Shown here piece after piece: positions 1-11,733 of a DNA stretch of 64,000 nucleotides. Position 1 is the stretch's first letter, and every line of letters begins with the position of its first letter. The stretch spans positions 101,866,001-101,930,000 of the forward strand of contig OX597820.1 of NCBI GenBank assembly GCA_951406725.2, written 5' to 3'. Source of the DNA: Octopus vulgaris. Lineage: Eukaryota. Under the pieces are notes generated by a model. The model did no database searches. It had not been told where the DNA came from and saw nothing but the letters and a program-made list of their open reading frames with translations. A program made the translations under genes and the position numbers.

Positions 1-140
1 CGCCAACCACTCCATGAGTGTAGTGGGTGCTTTTTATGTGCCACCGGCACAGGTGCCAGACGAAGCTGGCAAACGGCCACGATCGGAAGGTGCTTTTTAC
101 ATGCCACCGGCACTGAGGCCAGGCGAGGCTGGCAACGGCC
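1..140 (-). repeat. Fragment of the RTE 3'-UTR repeat (family E), cut by the window edge
   Basis: cgccaaccactcc..gagtgtagtgggtgctttt.. plus ~60-bp units, shared with 28880-29304 and 42660-43060. Confidence 0.75.
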
Positions 141-159
141 CACAATAATAATAATAATA

Positions 160-345
160 AGCTCCTACAGAAAGTTAATCTCCTAGGGACTGCAAGGATT
201 ATCATGAGGGTCCTAAGCATTTGAAAGACAACTGAAAACTTGTGGATACTTTAACGTTATAGGTAGTAACCTGCTACCCACATAAATCCTATCAGGAATA
301 AGACTGAACTTGAGCCAGACCATAATAAAATAATATTAATAATAA
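160..345 (+). mobile_element. 3' end of an R4/Dong-like non-LTR element
   Basis: Translates LQKVNLLGTARIIMRVLSI*, the typical C-terminus of the RLE clade, and is flanked by (TAA)n-like tracts. Confidence 0.6.
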
Positions 346-349
346 ACAG

Positions 350-747
350 AGGCACATATGTGTGGTAAGTAGCTTGCTTACCAACCACATCGTTCCGGGT
401 TCAGTCCCACTGCGTGGCACTTTGGGAAAGTGTCTGTTACTATAGCCTCGGGCTGACCAAAGCCTTGTGAGTGGATTTGGTAGATGGAAACTGAAAGAAG
501 CCTGTCGTATATGTATATATATATATATATATGTCTGTGTTTGTCCTCCCAACATCGCTTGACAACCGATGCTGTTGTGCTTACATCCCCGTAACTTAGT
601 GGTTCAGCAAAAGAGACTGATAGAATAAGTACTAGGCTTACAAAGAATAAGTCCCGGGGTCGATTTGCTCAACTAAAGGCGGTGCTCCAGCGTGGCCGCA
701 GTCAAAATGGCTGAAACAAGTAAGCAAAAGAGTAAAGAATAAAGAGT
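350..747 (+). mobile_element. tRNA-derived SINE family A (~400 bp, internal microsatellite, GAGTAAAA-type tail)
   Basis: A box-like tgtggtaag and B box-like ggttcagtccc. Near-identical copies at 30025-30410, 38558-38968, 32575-32994 and 40117-40523. Confidence 0.85.
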
Positions 748-753
748 GCTTAC

Positions 754-853
754 TTAGTAAAGCTGCGCCATAAAACCTCACAGGGAGAGTGAGACATTGT
801 CCTTCAACTGCTTCGAAAGCTGTTTCATACAAGTGTTGAGGGAATACCAAAGC
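754..853 (-). CDS. TP53I11: Next coding exon of the TP53I11 homolog (ALVFPQHLYETAFEAVEGQCLTLPVRFYGAALL + 1 nt)
   Basis: 100-nt exon with acceptor tttttatttttccAG and donor GTAAGC. It splices in frame to the 22466-22573 exon and matches the recalled human [33 protein letters not shown]. It lies inside ORF 638..889. Confidence 0.9.
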
Positions 854-1186
854 CTGGAAAAATAAAAAGTCAAAATCATTAAGTCTCAATCAAATAAACA
901 ATTTCAATAATAGGTATGATGATTTATGATATTCATTCCAAAATTCACAAATTTTTTTGTTGGGAGGGAACAGTCAAGTAATATTGGCCACAGTCATTTA
1001 TGCTATCAAACCTGGAAGGACAATGAGTGATGTCAACCTTGGAAGGATTTGAACTAAGGACACAGAGATATATCTGAATAGCACAAATTTGTGCATTGCA
1101 TTACTGGTTCTAGCATTCGAATAATAATAATAATAACAACAAAGGCTCCCCCCCAAAAAAAAAACAATACAGTTATACAATGCACT

Positions 1187-1504
1187 GGAGGTGCAATGGC
1201 CCAGTGGTTAGGGCAGTGGACTTGCGGTCGGAGGATTGCGGTTTCGATTCCCAGACTGGGCGTTGTGCGTATGCTTATTGAGCAAAAACACCTAAATCTC
1301 CACGAGTGTCCGGCAGGGGGTGGTGGCGACCCCTGTTGTACTCTTTCACCCCAACTTTCTCTCACTCTTTCTTCCTGTTTCTTGAGTAAGGCTGCGATGG
1401 ACTGGTGTCCCGTCCAGCTGGAGGGAACACATACGCCACAGAAATCGGGAAACCGGGCCCATGAGCCTAGCTAAGCTTGAAAAGGGCATATAAATAAATA
1501 AAAA
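1187..1504 (+). mobile_element. tRNA-derived SINE family B with 12-bp TSD
   Basis: Head ggaggtgcaatggcccagtggttagg..gtttcgattccc. TSD atacaatgcact at 1175-1186 and 1505-1516. A-rich tail. Confidence 0.85.
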
Positions 1505-1577
1505 ATACAATGCACTATGATGTAATGCTTGTAAAATTAAGATATTTGTAATTGAAATTAAGATATACACTGCAGGC

Positions 1578-1790
1578 ATTGAGCTGGCAGAATCATTAGC
1601 ATGACTGACAAAATGCTTAGTGGCATCTCACCTGTCTTTACATTCTGAGTTCAAATTATGCCAAGGTCAATTTTGCCTTTCATCTTTTGAGGGTCAATAA
1701 AGTAAGTACTAGTTGAACACTGGGGTTAATGTAATTAACTTATCCCCTCCCCTGAAATTGCTAACTTTGCACCAAAATTTGAAATCAATA
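1578..1790 (+). mobile_element. SINE family C (gagctggcagaatc...gcctttcatcctt.ggggtcgataaa), possibly a Meta-domain SINE
   Basis: Matches copies at 40641-40860, 56487-56722, 58693-58910, 61185-61408 and 24770-25455. Confidence 0.7.
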
Positions 1791-1830
1791 TTACATTCAC
1801 TGCAATAATAATTACTTCTAGAGTTTAGGC

Positions 1831-4101
1831 CAGTGATTCCCAACGTGGTCTCTGGGGAAACAAAATTCAATAATTATTCCATAAGAATCAATAATGTATA
1901 ATATATAATCAATAATATATTACAATTAAGAATTACATAATTTAAATTTTACAATCACAATAGTTACATAATAAATTTGATATCTTTAATAGATCACTAC
2001 ACAATATAGTTTAATAATAAATTTGATACTTTTAATTTATAGAAATAAAGTATTTATTATTTTTATTTTTTTTAAGACCAGTTGTCAGAATATGTCTGAA
2101 CCAACTTCTAAAAAGGCAAAAACTGAAGAACTACAAAGAAGATTTTATCATGTTTAGTTTTGTATCTGTAGACTCAAAACCTATGTGTCTTGAATGTGAT
2201 GCCATCATGACAAATCATTCCATTCCATGGAGCAGCACCAGAAATTAAGGCATCCATCATCTGTTGGTAAAGCTAGGGAATATTTTGAGAATAAAAAGAA
2301 AATAGAGCTAATCAAACTACCTGACTTTGTAAAGAAGATAAATACTGAAAAAGCAAAAACACTTAAAACCAAGTTATTTGGTTTCTGAATTTATTGCACC
2401 TCAGATTTATGGTGAAAAACTTGTCAAGCCTGCTATGATAACTTGTGCAAATGAGGTTCTGGGAAAAGATGCTGCATCTACTCTGAGTACAAGTCCACTT
2501 TCAAATAGCACAATTACAAGAAGACAGGATGAAATGTCTAATTTTGCTGAGAAGATTGTGGAAATTCTCCAAATAACAAATTTTTCTATCCAGGTTCATG
2601 ATAGCACAATTCATAACCAAGCTATCCTTCTGGTCTATGTCAGATTCATCCATGAAGATGATATAAGGGAAGAAATGTTATTCATTAAAAGTTTGTCAGA
2701 AACTACTAATGGAGAAAATATATTCAATGAAGTAATGCAGTATTTTAATGATAAAAATATTCCATTGACTAATTTGATCAACATTGCATCAGATGGAGCT
2801 GCAGCCATGACTGGAAAAGTGAGAGGCTTTGTTTCTAGAATGAAATCAGTTGCTTCTCACATTTTTGATATACATTGCATTATCCACAGACAGCATTTGG
2901 TTACTAAGAATATTGGAGGACACTGCTATATATGCAATTAACTTTGTCAAATCAAACTCAGTGAATAATAGATTTTTTATGCAATTCTGTGAATATGAAG
3001 ATTTTAAAACTCAATCGCTTCACACAGAAGTTAGATGGTTGTCAAAAGGCTTGAGCCTTGAAAGACTAATGAATTTGTGGGAACTATTAATCAACTTTTT
3101 CATGTTCAAGAGTCAGATGACTCATTACAACTCCAAGAAGCAAGCTGATACAGGTAAGAAAATTTTGGAAAGACTTTATGAGTTTAAATCAAAAATATTC
3201 TATTTGAGTGATATTTTTTAAACATTGAATCTACTTAACTTAGAGCTGCAAGGTAGAAAATCAGAATTGGTCACCTATTCTCAGAAGTTAAAAGAGTATA
3301 TGGGAAAATTAATATTTTAGAAAAAAAACAGTTTGAAAAAAGATATTTGGCATCATTTCAAAATTTTAACACCACTGTCCCTACATCGGAATGCATTGCT
3401 GCATGCATTACCCATCTTGAAGGTCTTCATGTAGACTTTGAGAGAAGATACAATAATTTATTAAAGATGGATTATCCACTCTGGTTTGTAGACCTAGAAA
3501 ATTATGAACCAGGAGATGAAAATTTTGAGTTGGCTGAAATGTTGTTGGATTTGAGGGAGAATATGAAATTGAGAAGAAGATTTGCAAAAGAAGGTGTCTT
3601 TGCCTACATATTGATAAAGGAATCACACCCAAATATTTTTCGACATGTAGAAGTAAATATCATTTAATTCCCTACCACATGGATGGTGGAATCTGCATTT
3701 CCAGTTGTTGTAGATATTTTAAGTAGAAAAAGAAATAAATTAGATGTCAACAGCAGAGAAACTATCAGACTAAGACTAAATGAGTTCATTAAAATTAATT
3801 ATGATATCTTGTGTCAGAAACACCAATATCAAGCCAGTCACTAGCTGAATGGACTAAAAATGAACGACTTTATGAAAAAGGATTTTGATATCTTATGTTT
3901 ATCATTGTTTACTAAAAAAAATTTAAAATTTTGTCTTTGGTTTGCTAAAATAAATCTTAAAGTGTAAATAGACTATTTTGCCTTTTCATTAAGTATCTTA
4001 GTGTGAAAATAGAACAGCATAAAGTAAAAGTAGAAGTGGTCCCCAGAAACTTTTTCAAGTAAAAAAATGGTCCCTGGGCTGAAAAACATTTGGAATTACT
4101 G
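1831..4101 (+). mobile_element. Full-length, decayed hAT (Buster/Charlie-type) DNA transposon
   Basis: TIRs CAGTGATTCCCAAC / TTTGGAATTACTG. Perfect 8-bp TSD gtttaggc (1823-1830, 4102-4109) with central TA. Confidence 0.92.
2092..3844 (+). pseudogene. hAT transposase pseudogene (ZBED5/ZBED8/SCAND3-like)
   Basis: Frameshifted pieces carry PMCLEC (BED finger), PLSNSTITRR, FSIQVHDST, SDGAAAMTG, HCIIHRQHL, HTEVRWLSKG, FPTTWMVESAF and the C-terminus HQYQASH*. Confidence 0.9.
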
Positions 4102-4195
4102 GTTTAGGCAGAAGACCAGCAATTTTGAAAAACAGTGGCTAGCCAATACTGACTAACTCAAAACTTGACTGGTACTTATCTCATTGACCCTAGAG

Positions 4196-4413
4196 CAGTG
4201 GTTTTCAATCAGGGTTCCGTGGAACCTTAGGGTTCCGTCAGTACAGTCCAGGGGTTCCACAAGAAGTTACAAAAATGCTAAAATTGACAGTAATTTTTAA
4301 TTCTCCTGTGCAGATATGTATGCATAAGACAATTAAATTATTGCACAGAGTTCCTCGAGCCAGTGGAATGTTTCCTTGGGGTTCCGCTCCAGCAAAAAGG
4401 TTGAAAAGCACTG
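4196..4413. mobile_element. 218-bp hAT MITE
   Basis: TIRs CAGTGGTTTTCAA / TTGAAAAGCACTG. TSD ccctagag at 4188-4195 and 4414-4421. Internal ggttcc/ggaacc subterminal motifs. Confidence 0.9.
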
Positions 4414-5281
4414 CCCTAGAGTAACAAAAGATAAAGCTGACCACAAAATCTTATATTCATAAGAAAAATAAGAGTCTATGAAGTCATGCTCATAGACTGT
4501 GTGTGTAGTAATTATGTGATCCTGATTCAGCTCAGTTTGAACAGTTGACAGTTGGTCAAACAATAACTTGGTGTAACTCATAAAGTTGTTAGTCTAGATA
4601 TACCATGATGTTGCTGATCTGAGAAACATATTGCACGCTACAACATGCAGTGCTTAATTGTATGGGGTGCAGTTGTGTTTTCTTTTTTCCTCTTTTTGCA
4701 ATCTGGACGTGTTACACTCATTGTCTTCTCTCCAGTGTTCAGTCTATTTTTGTTACATACATGTGTTAAAGATAAAAGGGAAATGGCTACATATGAGAAC
4801 TGGAACCAGATTGTAGGCTCAATGTGTTGAAATTACACAACACCAACATGATACCTAGCATCTGCCATGTGTACATGCATGTGAGTGTGTGTATAAATAC
4901 AGATAGATAGACAGGTAGATAGATAGATAGATAGATAGATAGATATCATGACTTAATGCATGACAGAGGGAGCAGCCATTTACACAGATGGAGTAAACAT
5001 TATGTCGATAAGTATTCTTCCTTTGTTAATTTTTTTTATTAGATTTTTTTACTAGTTTTATTCAATAAATTTATAATGTGCATAGTGTTTTTTTACTAAA
5101 TAATCTTTTTAAGTACTATTAACTTATGTTAGACATAAGATAAAAAATGGAAATTTATACTTGTATAGATACGGGTAAATCTTACACTAAATTATTAATT
5201 TCCATAATGTTTATATAGATAGGTTGTAGGACTTGATGTGTTTATAATATAGTGATTGAGGATTTCCTTAGATTTAGCATT

Positions 5282-5327
<46 letters not shown>

Positions 5328-5467
5328 ATTGTAATTTAGGTGTTTAATTTTTTTAATTTTTAAAAATATATTTGTAATTTATATATTTTTATTCATATTC
5401 TTATTAATATGACTTCTAATATGTATTTCAACTTTGATCCGTTAATAATAATAACAATAAGATAAAT

Positions 5468-5547
5468 AGCCTGAGGACGCACTGGTGGATTTATGTATTA
5501 AGTATAGCCTTGATAAACACCCCACCAGCACAGAAATACGTGTAGCG
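5468..5547 (+). ncRNA. Degenerate type-I hammerhead-ribozyme-like motif
   Basis: CTGAGGA (5471), stem II ctggtgg/ccaccag, GAAA (5533), near-palindromic stem III ATACGTGT, GTA triplet. Stem I is only 2 bp. Confidence 0.45.
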
Positions 5548-5759
5548 TTGATTAGAAATACCTTCTTTCCACACAGACTAATAACAGGTAAGTTATATAC
5601 ATTTTCAAATATCTTTATTGTATTTCATAGTAGGTTTTTTAACTGCTTATATTATTTTATTGGATAAAACTTTCTATGTGTATTCCATACAATAAGGTTA
5701 TCCTGAAATAGTGAGTTGTGGTTCTGTTGGTAAAATCCCAAATTTGAAATAATACTATA

Positions 5760-5817
<58 letters not shown>

Positions 5818-5849
5818 CACACACACACACACACACATGCATATATATA

Positions 5850-5920
5850 CAGGGTGTGGTGACTAAATTATCGTCTAAATTATGTAAAAATGTAAAATAA
5901 CATTGACATCTCATTTTAAC
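5850..5920 (-). mobile_element. Terminal fragment of the maT/Tc1-mariner element seen at 19277-20150
   Basis: Reverse complement of the 20080-20150 end (TA-CAGGGTG TIR). Confidence 0.75.
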
Positions 5921-6135
5921 ACATCATCATCATCATTGTTTAACGTCTGTTTTCCATGCTGGCATGGGTTGAATGGTTTAACTGAGATCTGGAGAGCCAG
6001 TGCCTGCACCAGGCTCCAATCTGATCTGGCAATGTTTCTACAGCTGTATACCCTTCCTAACACCAAACACTACGAGAGCGTAGTGGGTGCTTTTTATGTG
6101 CCACAGGCACAGGAGCCGTCAGGTGGGCCTGGCTT
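5920..6135 (-). repeat. RTE 3'-UTR repeat (family E)
   Basis: (CAT)n then gtttaacgtc..ttccatgc..catgggttg..ccttcctaac.. Confidence 0.75.
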
Positions 6136-6138
6136 CGA

Positions 6139-6409
6139 TTGCCGCACAGGTTGGTGGTTGCTGACTTGGATAAGAGGAAAGTTAAAAAGTGTGTGAGAAA
6201 GGGAACGGTTGAGAGGAGAAAGGTGTGGAAACTGAAGGAAGAAGAAACAAGAGCAAGGTTTGAGGAAAATATGGAGGGGACAGGTGGAGGAGGAGATTGG
6301 GAGGGTTGGCTTCAGAAACTGAGCAACATGGTGGGATGGTGGTTGCTATGGCATTGAGGTAGATCCGGACATCCCTGTTAATGGCGACAAAACCCGGATT
6401 CAAAATGAT

Positions 6410-6410
<1 letters not shown>
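6139..6410 (+). mobile_element. RTE-like LINE remnant (end of endonuclease/tether joined to a 3' tail)
   Basis: HRLVVADL...KVWKLKEEETRARFEE motif, followed by a 3' stem-loop-like ccggacatccctgttaatggcgacaaaacccgg and gatg tail. Confidence 0.55.
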
Positions 6411-6449
<39 letters not shown>

Positions 6450-6955
6450 AAAGGGCTTTGTATGATTGTGTATATATATATATATATACATACATATATA
6501 CACACACACACATGTATATATACAAACCCACATGTAAATACAAACACACATATTTATAAACACACACGTACACAGAAACACATCTCCCTAAATAATTATA
6601 AAACAAGTGTTGCAACATGTTCAGTTTTTCTTATACATAGCTGTGTTTCCAGTGCAATCCAGGCGACCAGGAAGAAAGGAACTGAGTTTGTTTTGCAGTT
6701 CTTCCCCGCCACACCCATTCATCCAACCACCACCATCATTACTTTATTGTGACCTTTCATTTCCTGTAAAGGTCACAGGTACTCGTACTTGACAGTATAG
6801 GGTCATCGATTAAAATAGAGAAATTAAGAGGGAGCTTTTAAGACCAAAGCACATGGTAGCTACTTGACTTTAGTAAAGCAGAGATGATATTTAACACAGA
6901 AATTGACACACCCTCTTCCACAGAATATAGTCTAATGCTAGATGTGACTTTCATT

Positions 6956-6988
<33 letters not shown>

Positions 6989-7376
6989 ATGTACAATTGT
7001 GTATATACATAGAGATACACAGGCGCACACACACACATGTATATATAAACATATATATATATCTTTTGAGCTTTTTTTTTTGTCGTTTTACTTGTTTGAA
7101 TCATTAGATTGCAGTTATGCTGGAGTACTTCACTGAATAGATTTAGTCTAACGAACCAAGCCCAGTACTTATTCTATCAAGTTATAAGGATATAAACACA
7201 CCAACACCAGTTGAGAAGTGGTACGGTGGACAAACAAACAGACAGACAGACAGACACATACACGTTAAACACATTACAATCGCTCACTCTCTCTTTCATT
7301 GACAAATAAACACACCTGGATATAGAAAGCACACACATACTCAGTATACAGAAATACAGATGAAAAAAATGATATA

Positions 7377-7417
<41 letters not shown>

Positions 7418-7858
7418 CATCTTTTATCTTTTACTTGTTTGTCATTAGACTGAGGCCATACTGAAGCACTGCTTTGAGGAATTTTAATTGAATGAAACAA
7501 CTACAGTACTTGTTCTTTTTGAAAGCCTGGTACCTATTTTATCAGTTGCTGTTGACAAACTACTTTGCTACAGGGACGTAAACATACCAACACTGGTTGT
7601 CAAAGTGGCAGGGAACAAACAGACATAAAGACACATGCTCACACACACGGTGGGCTTTTTTAAGTTTCCATCTACCAAGTCCACTCATAAGGAGTGGGTT
7701 TGGTAGATAACCTGAGACTATAGTGAAAGACACGTGCACAAGGTGCCACACAGTGGGACTGAACATGGAACCATGTGATTAGGATGCAAACTTCTTATCA
7801 CACAGCCACATCTGCACTTACATGCATACACACACACATGTATGTGTGTGTGTGTGTA

Positions 7859-7918
<60 letters not shown>

Positions 7919-7952
7919 TAGATAGAGAGATAGATAGATATGTCATCATCAT

Positions 7953-8158
7953 CTGAAAAGTTCCTGGTTTTAAGAGTATTGTGAAAGGCCTTGTTGGAGA
8001 CCCGACCTTCCAAATTTTTTTCCAGGGCTTAGAAAAGCTGAAGGAATGCTGCAATAAGTGTGTGAGTCTGAGAGGGGAATATGTTCAATAAAATCATAAT
8101 TAACTGACCCTCTTCTATTTTCTTTTACCTAAAGCCAGGAACTTTTCACCCCCTTGTA
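7953..8158 (+). mobile_element. Mariner-derived MITE
   Basis: Inverted ends ctgaaaagttcctggtttt / aaagccaggaacttttcacc..TA. Internal remnant of a transposase C-terminus (LEKLKECCNKCVSLRGEYVQ*). Confidence 0.7.
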
Positions 8159-8989
8159 TTCACACACACACACAAGGCTGTCTTTGCAGCATTATAAGCC
8201 CCCAGGTAAATCAATGTTCTGGGTCCTATGGCATTTATTTACTAGCAGCAAGCAACATTGTACATACATCAGAAATGAGACCCCGGATATGAGGCCCCAA
8301 GCATCTGCCCCATGTGAAATTGTTCAATCAGGTACTAATTAAGTGTCAAATATTTATACAGCTGGATTTCATGACCCTATACATGTATAAAGATGTCCTC
8401 ATATAAATAGGCACAAAATGATACAACTGTATGTTGGTCACAAGATTTTGTGGGTTTTTTTTAATAGTCTGAACTGGAGGAAGAGGGCTGTACCCTGTAC
8501 CTAAAGATTTAGTAGTCAGTACTCCAAGATTTAGGAGAGCAATCTGGTTGTTGCTATTTCTTGAACAACTGCAGAAAAACGATAGGCAGAGTGAAAATTC
8601 CAAAAAGAATATGTTCAGAGAAGGAAAGAAGAGACAAAGTTATTCATTTCAGGCCTGAATTGGTGATGGATACAAATAGCAAGAAACAAATGTGTCTGAG
8701 TGGTGGTGGCATGAGGATCAGCCAATTCTGAGGAGCAGAGGCCATTGTAGTAGTAGTAGTAGAAGTGGTAGATGTGGAGACAAGATATATGGGCCACAAG
8801 TTGGAATGTAATACATCCCACAAAGATTTAAAGTTGTGCTGAGTATCATCAAACTTTGCACAGAAAAAATTGGATGGTCAGGAAATTAGATGCTATGTGT
8901 TTGGTGCCGTTATGTATCACAAATAACTGGTCTTAATGAACTAATGAACATGTGACTGTGGATTGCTCAGCCAATTACAAACAGCAGCT

Positions 8990-9190
8990 AAATCACAACT
9001 AACAGCACCATCACATGCAACATACTCCTCACAAATAAAACCAGCATTGTAACCAAAACCATCATCACAGATAACAACATCATCTCAAGTAACACAACCA
9101 TCATAATCAGCATCATCATCATCATCACAACCAGTACCAGAATTACAGTAAGCACCATTGTCATAACCAAAACCACCAGCACTGCAGTCA
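8990..9190. repeat. Degenerate (CAT/CAC/CAA)n low-complexity tract
   Basis: Trinucleotide-biased sequence. Confidence 0.7.
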
Positions 9191-10078
9191 TTTCAATGCA
9201 GTTTTGCTCAATAATAAGGCATCCAATATGCCTTATTTTACTTAGCTATCAGAAAGTTTCTGACTATCTCAAGATCTAATTTATAATAAACTTTTCTAGA
9301 AATTTATTTGAACCTGTTTAACATTATGAACCTGAAGTAATGTACCATCTCTTCAAAACTAATAGGATCTTATAAGATATTTATGTAACAATCCTCAAAT
9401 TGGATTGACAGAAGAAAGTGAATATGAGATTGTATTGAAAAATCAATAAAAGTTCTTGATAATGAGAAATTTTCCGCAATAATATCTATACTTTCAGGGA
9501 GAAAATTATTGTATTTAAAGTAAAATACTGTCTCATTTCACAGTGAAAGTGGGATAACAGTTATTAAAATTGTAGTCTAAAATTAAAAAATAAATAAATA
9601 AAAAAAATTAAAAAGTCAAACTATAATTTAAAAGGACAACTAAAGTTTAGAATATAAAACTGGAGAACATGTCAGAACCAATTAATCATTCTACCAAATC
9701 TATACAGGTTGAATAGCTTAACAACTTATAATTTTCAGTTGAACTGGCAAACAGTAATTTAAATTGAAAAATTATTTTATAACAATATAAAGCAAATGAA
9801 AATTTTGGAAGGTATCAGAAATTTAATGACAAAATATAAACAAATCGAGTAGCGTGGCAGAATTAGTAGAGTTTATAAATGCTTAAAAGCTCTCTCACTA
9901 ACAGTAGACAGCCATATCCATGTGAGCATTCAGTTGTTATCATATGTGTGTGTGTGTACATATATAAATGTTATATAGTTGTTTAAGAATCCATAAGTCA
10001 GAAAACATGCATTCATATATTTTTCAATAGAGAGGGAATATTAATTTGAATATATAGTATATACATTCACTTCAGCTG

Positions 10079-10158
10079 AACTTACCAATTGGTTTCACAC
10101 TGGGTATTAAATAACTGGATATGAGATGGTTAAATAATACCATGTGCTCTTCAGAGGT
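10079..10158 (-). ncRNA. Type-I hammerhead-like motif, left member of an inverted pair
   Basis: Minus strand reads CTGAAGA-GCAC..long loop..GTGT-GAAA-CCAATTG-GTA, with palindromic stem III ACCAATTGGT. Confidence 0.6.
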
Positions 10159-10189
10159 GGCGGTTGGCATACTTTTTTCCATACTGGCT

Positions 10190-10277
10190 ATCTCTGAAGA
10201 GCACGAAGTATTACTTAACTATGCTGTTACCAAATATCTGGTTATTTAATATCTTGTGTAAAACTGGTTGCTAAGAT
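10190..10277 (+). ncRNA. Type-I hammerhead-like motif, right member (GAAA mutated to AAAA)
   Basis: atct-CTGAAGA-GCAC...GTGT-AAAAC-TGGTTG-CTA-agat; stem I atct/agat. Confidence 0.45.
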
Positions 10278-10334
10278 CGGTTGAAATAGATCAAATAGGA
10301 AACATATATACATGTGTGTGTACATATATATATG

Positions 10335-10715
10335 ATGGCTGTCCACTTGTGACCGAGGAAGACCATTGCTGACCATGAGGAATATTGTGCTTTCTAGGAC
10401 TAACTTATATTTTGCATTTGCAGCTCCATTGGTGGCTAACGAGCCCTGCTCTTGACAAGCATACATGACTGCAAACATTGCAGACCAAGCTTTCCTCATT
10501 CACTACACCAGCGGCAGGCATTCAAGCAGCACACTTAAGTTCTTCACGCAGAATACATGCTCTCTCAAAGGTGCCAACCCCATCCTTAACCTGCTTCCTC
10601 CATCTGTGGCGATGACAGGCATTGCTCTCCCAGTCAGTCTCCTGCATATCACAGGCCTTTAATGAGGACTTCACACAGTCCTTAAATCACAGCCTTGGCT
10701 TCTGTCGGGGTCTCT
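10335..10715 (-). mobile_element. 3' fragment of an RTE/BovB-like LINE
   Basis: Minus strand translates DCVKSSLKACDMQETDWESNACHRHRWRKQVKDGV, the RTE C-terminal region. Confidence 0.7.
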
Positions 10716-11733
10716 ATATATACATACATAAATCAATGAGGAAATAGAGGAACCTTTTAGTCCTGCTGTAAACAAACTCTGGCATGGTGAAATATACCCA
10801 GTCCATGCTTCAAATTTGATAGTGAAAGAACCTAGCTATAGAAGATTTTCTAGAAGTGTACTCTACAAACAACAGACATGAGTTTTCTCTGCTGTATAGT
10901 GATAAAGGTGCTCTCAGCTAATTCATTGAAATAGTTACCAGTTACCTGCCATTATTATTTGTGATAGGCAAAAGAGAATTTACACCTTGTCTACTTAAAA
11001 TCACAAAACCAAAACAAAGCACGAGCCTTAATAGCCTTTGTAATCACCTCTAGGTTTTTGAAGGTTGCATAATTTTATACCAGATAAAAATTTCAATGTA
11101 TCTGGTCTTTGGCTTTTGTTGATCGAGGTGGTTGACTTTTATCTCACATTTTCATCTTAAGGCAATAAAAAGCAAAAAGCATGGCTTTTTCTTTTCATTC
11201 TGTCAAGAAAAAATATCTGGCAGGGATTTAAAGATATGGAAATTAAGAGAATCCAAAAACCTAAACTTCTACAAAGTGAGAGTGGAAATAATAAATGGTT
11301 TCTAGCATGGATCATACATTGTGAAAGGATGGAGAAACACTGATTAGAATGACCCATGTATTTGACAGATATTTATCCAGAAGGATGAAATTTAAAGTTC
11401 ACACAAATGGTATCAGAATTCAGAATGGAAGGCAGCATTTTGTTGGCCAGCCTTACCGATTCTGTCAAATACTGGTATCTGTCAAAAATATTTAGCTTAT
11501 GTTTCTAATTTAAAATTTTATTGAAATTGTAAAAAATAAATGTCAATGACTTTTAGGGACACCATACTCATTATGCAACCATAATAAACTCCAAAGAATA
11601 CTAAACGTTTTTATAAGTCAATACAATTCCACTTATGTCAGCAGTGCTATTACATCACTTGTTAAGGTCATCTGTACAGATTTTCTATAGAGATTATAGC
11701 CAGCACTGATTTGTTATACTGTTTCATATCCAA

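Noticed and set aside
292-555. Recurrent short ORFs such as 'RQASFSFRLPNPLTRLWSARGYSRRHLPKVPRSGTEPGTMWL' across the window
   Set aside because: Antisense translations of SINE family A, not a gene family.
1187-1260. tRNA-like sequences (also 13475, 21900, 52625)
   Set aside because: They are SINE heads with bodies, tails and in some cases TSDs, and do not form complete cloverleaves.
6360-6410. ccggacatccctgttaatggcgacaaaacccgg considered as a twister or other ribozyme
   Set aside because: Lacks the twister consensus and is better explained as a LINE 3' stem-loop.
9240-9880. A-rich stretch with weak resemblance to LTR/Polinton protein fragments
   Set aside because: Too degraded; no continuous motif can be defended.
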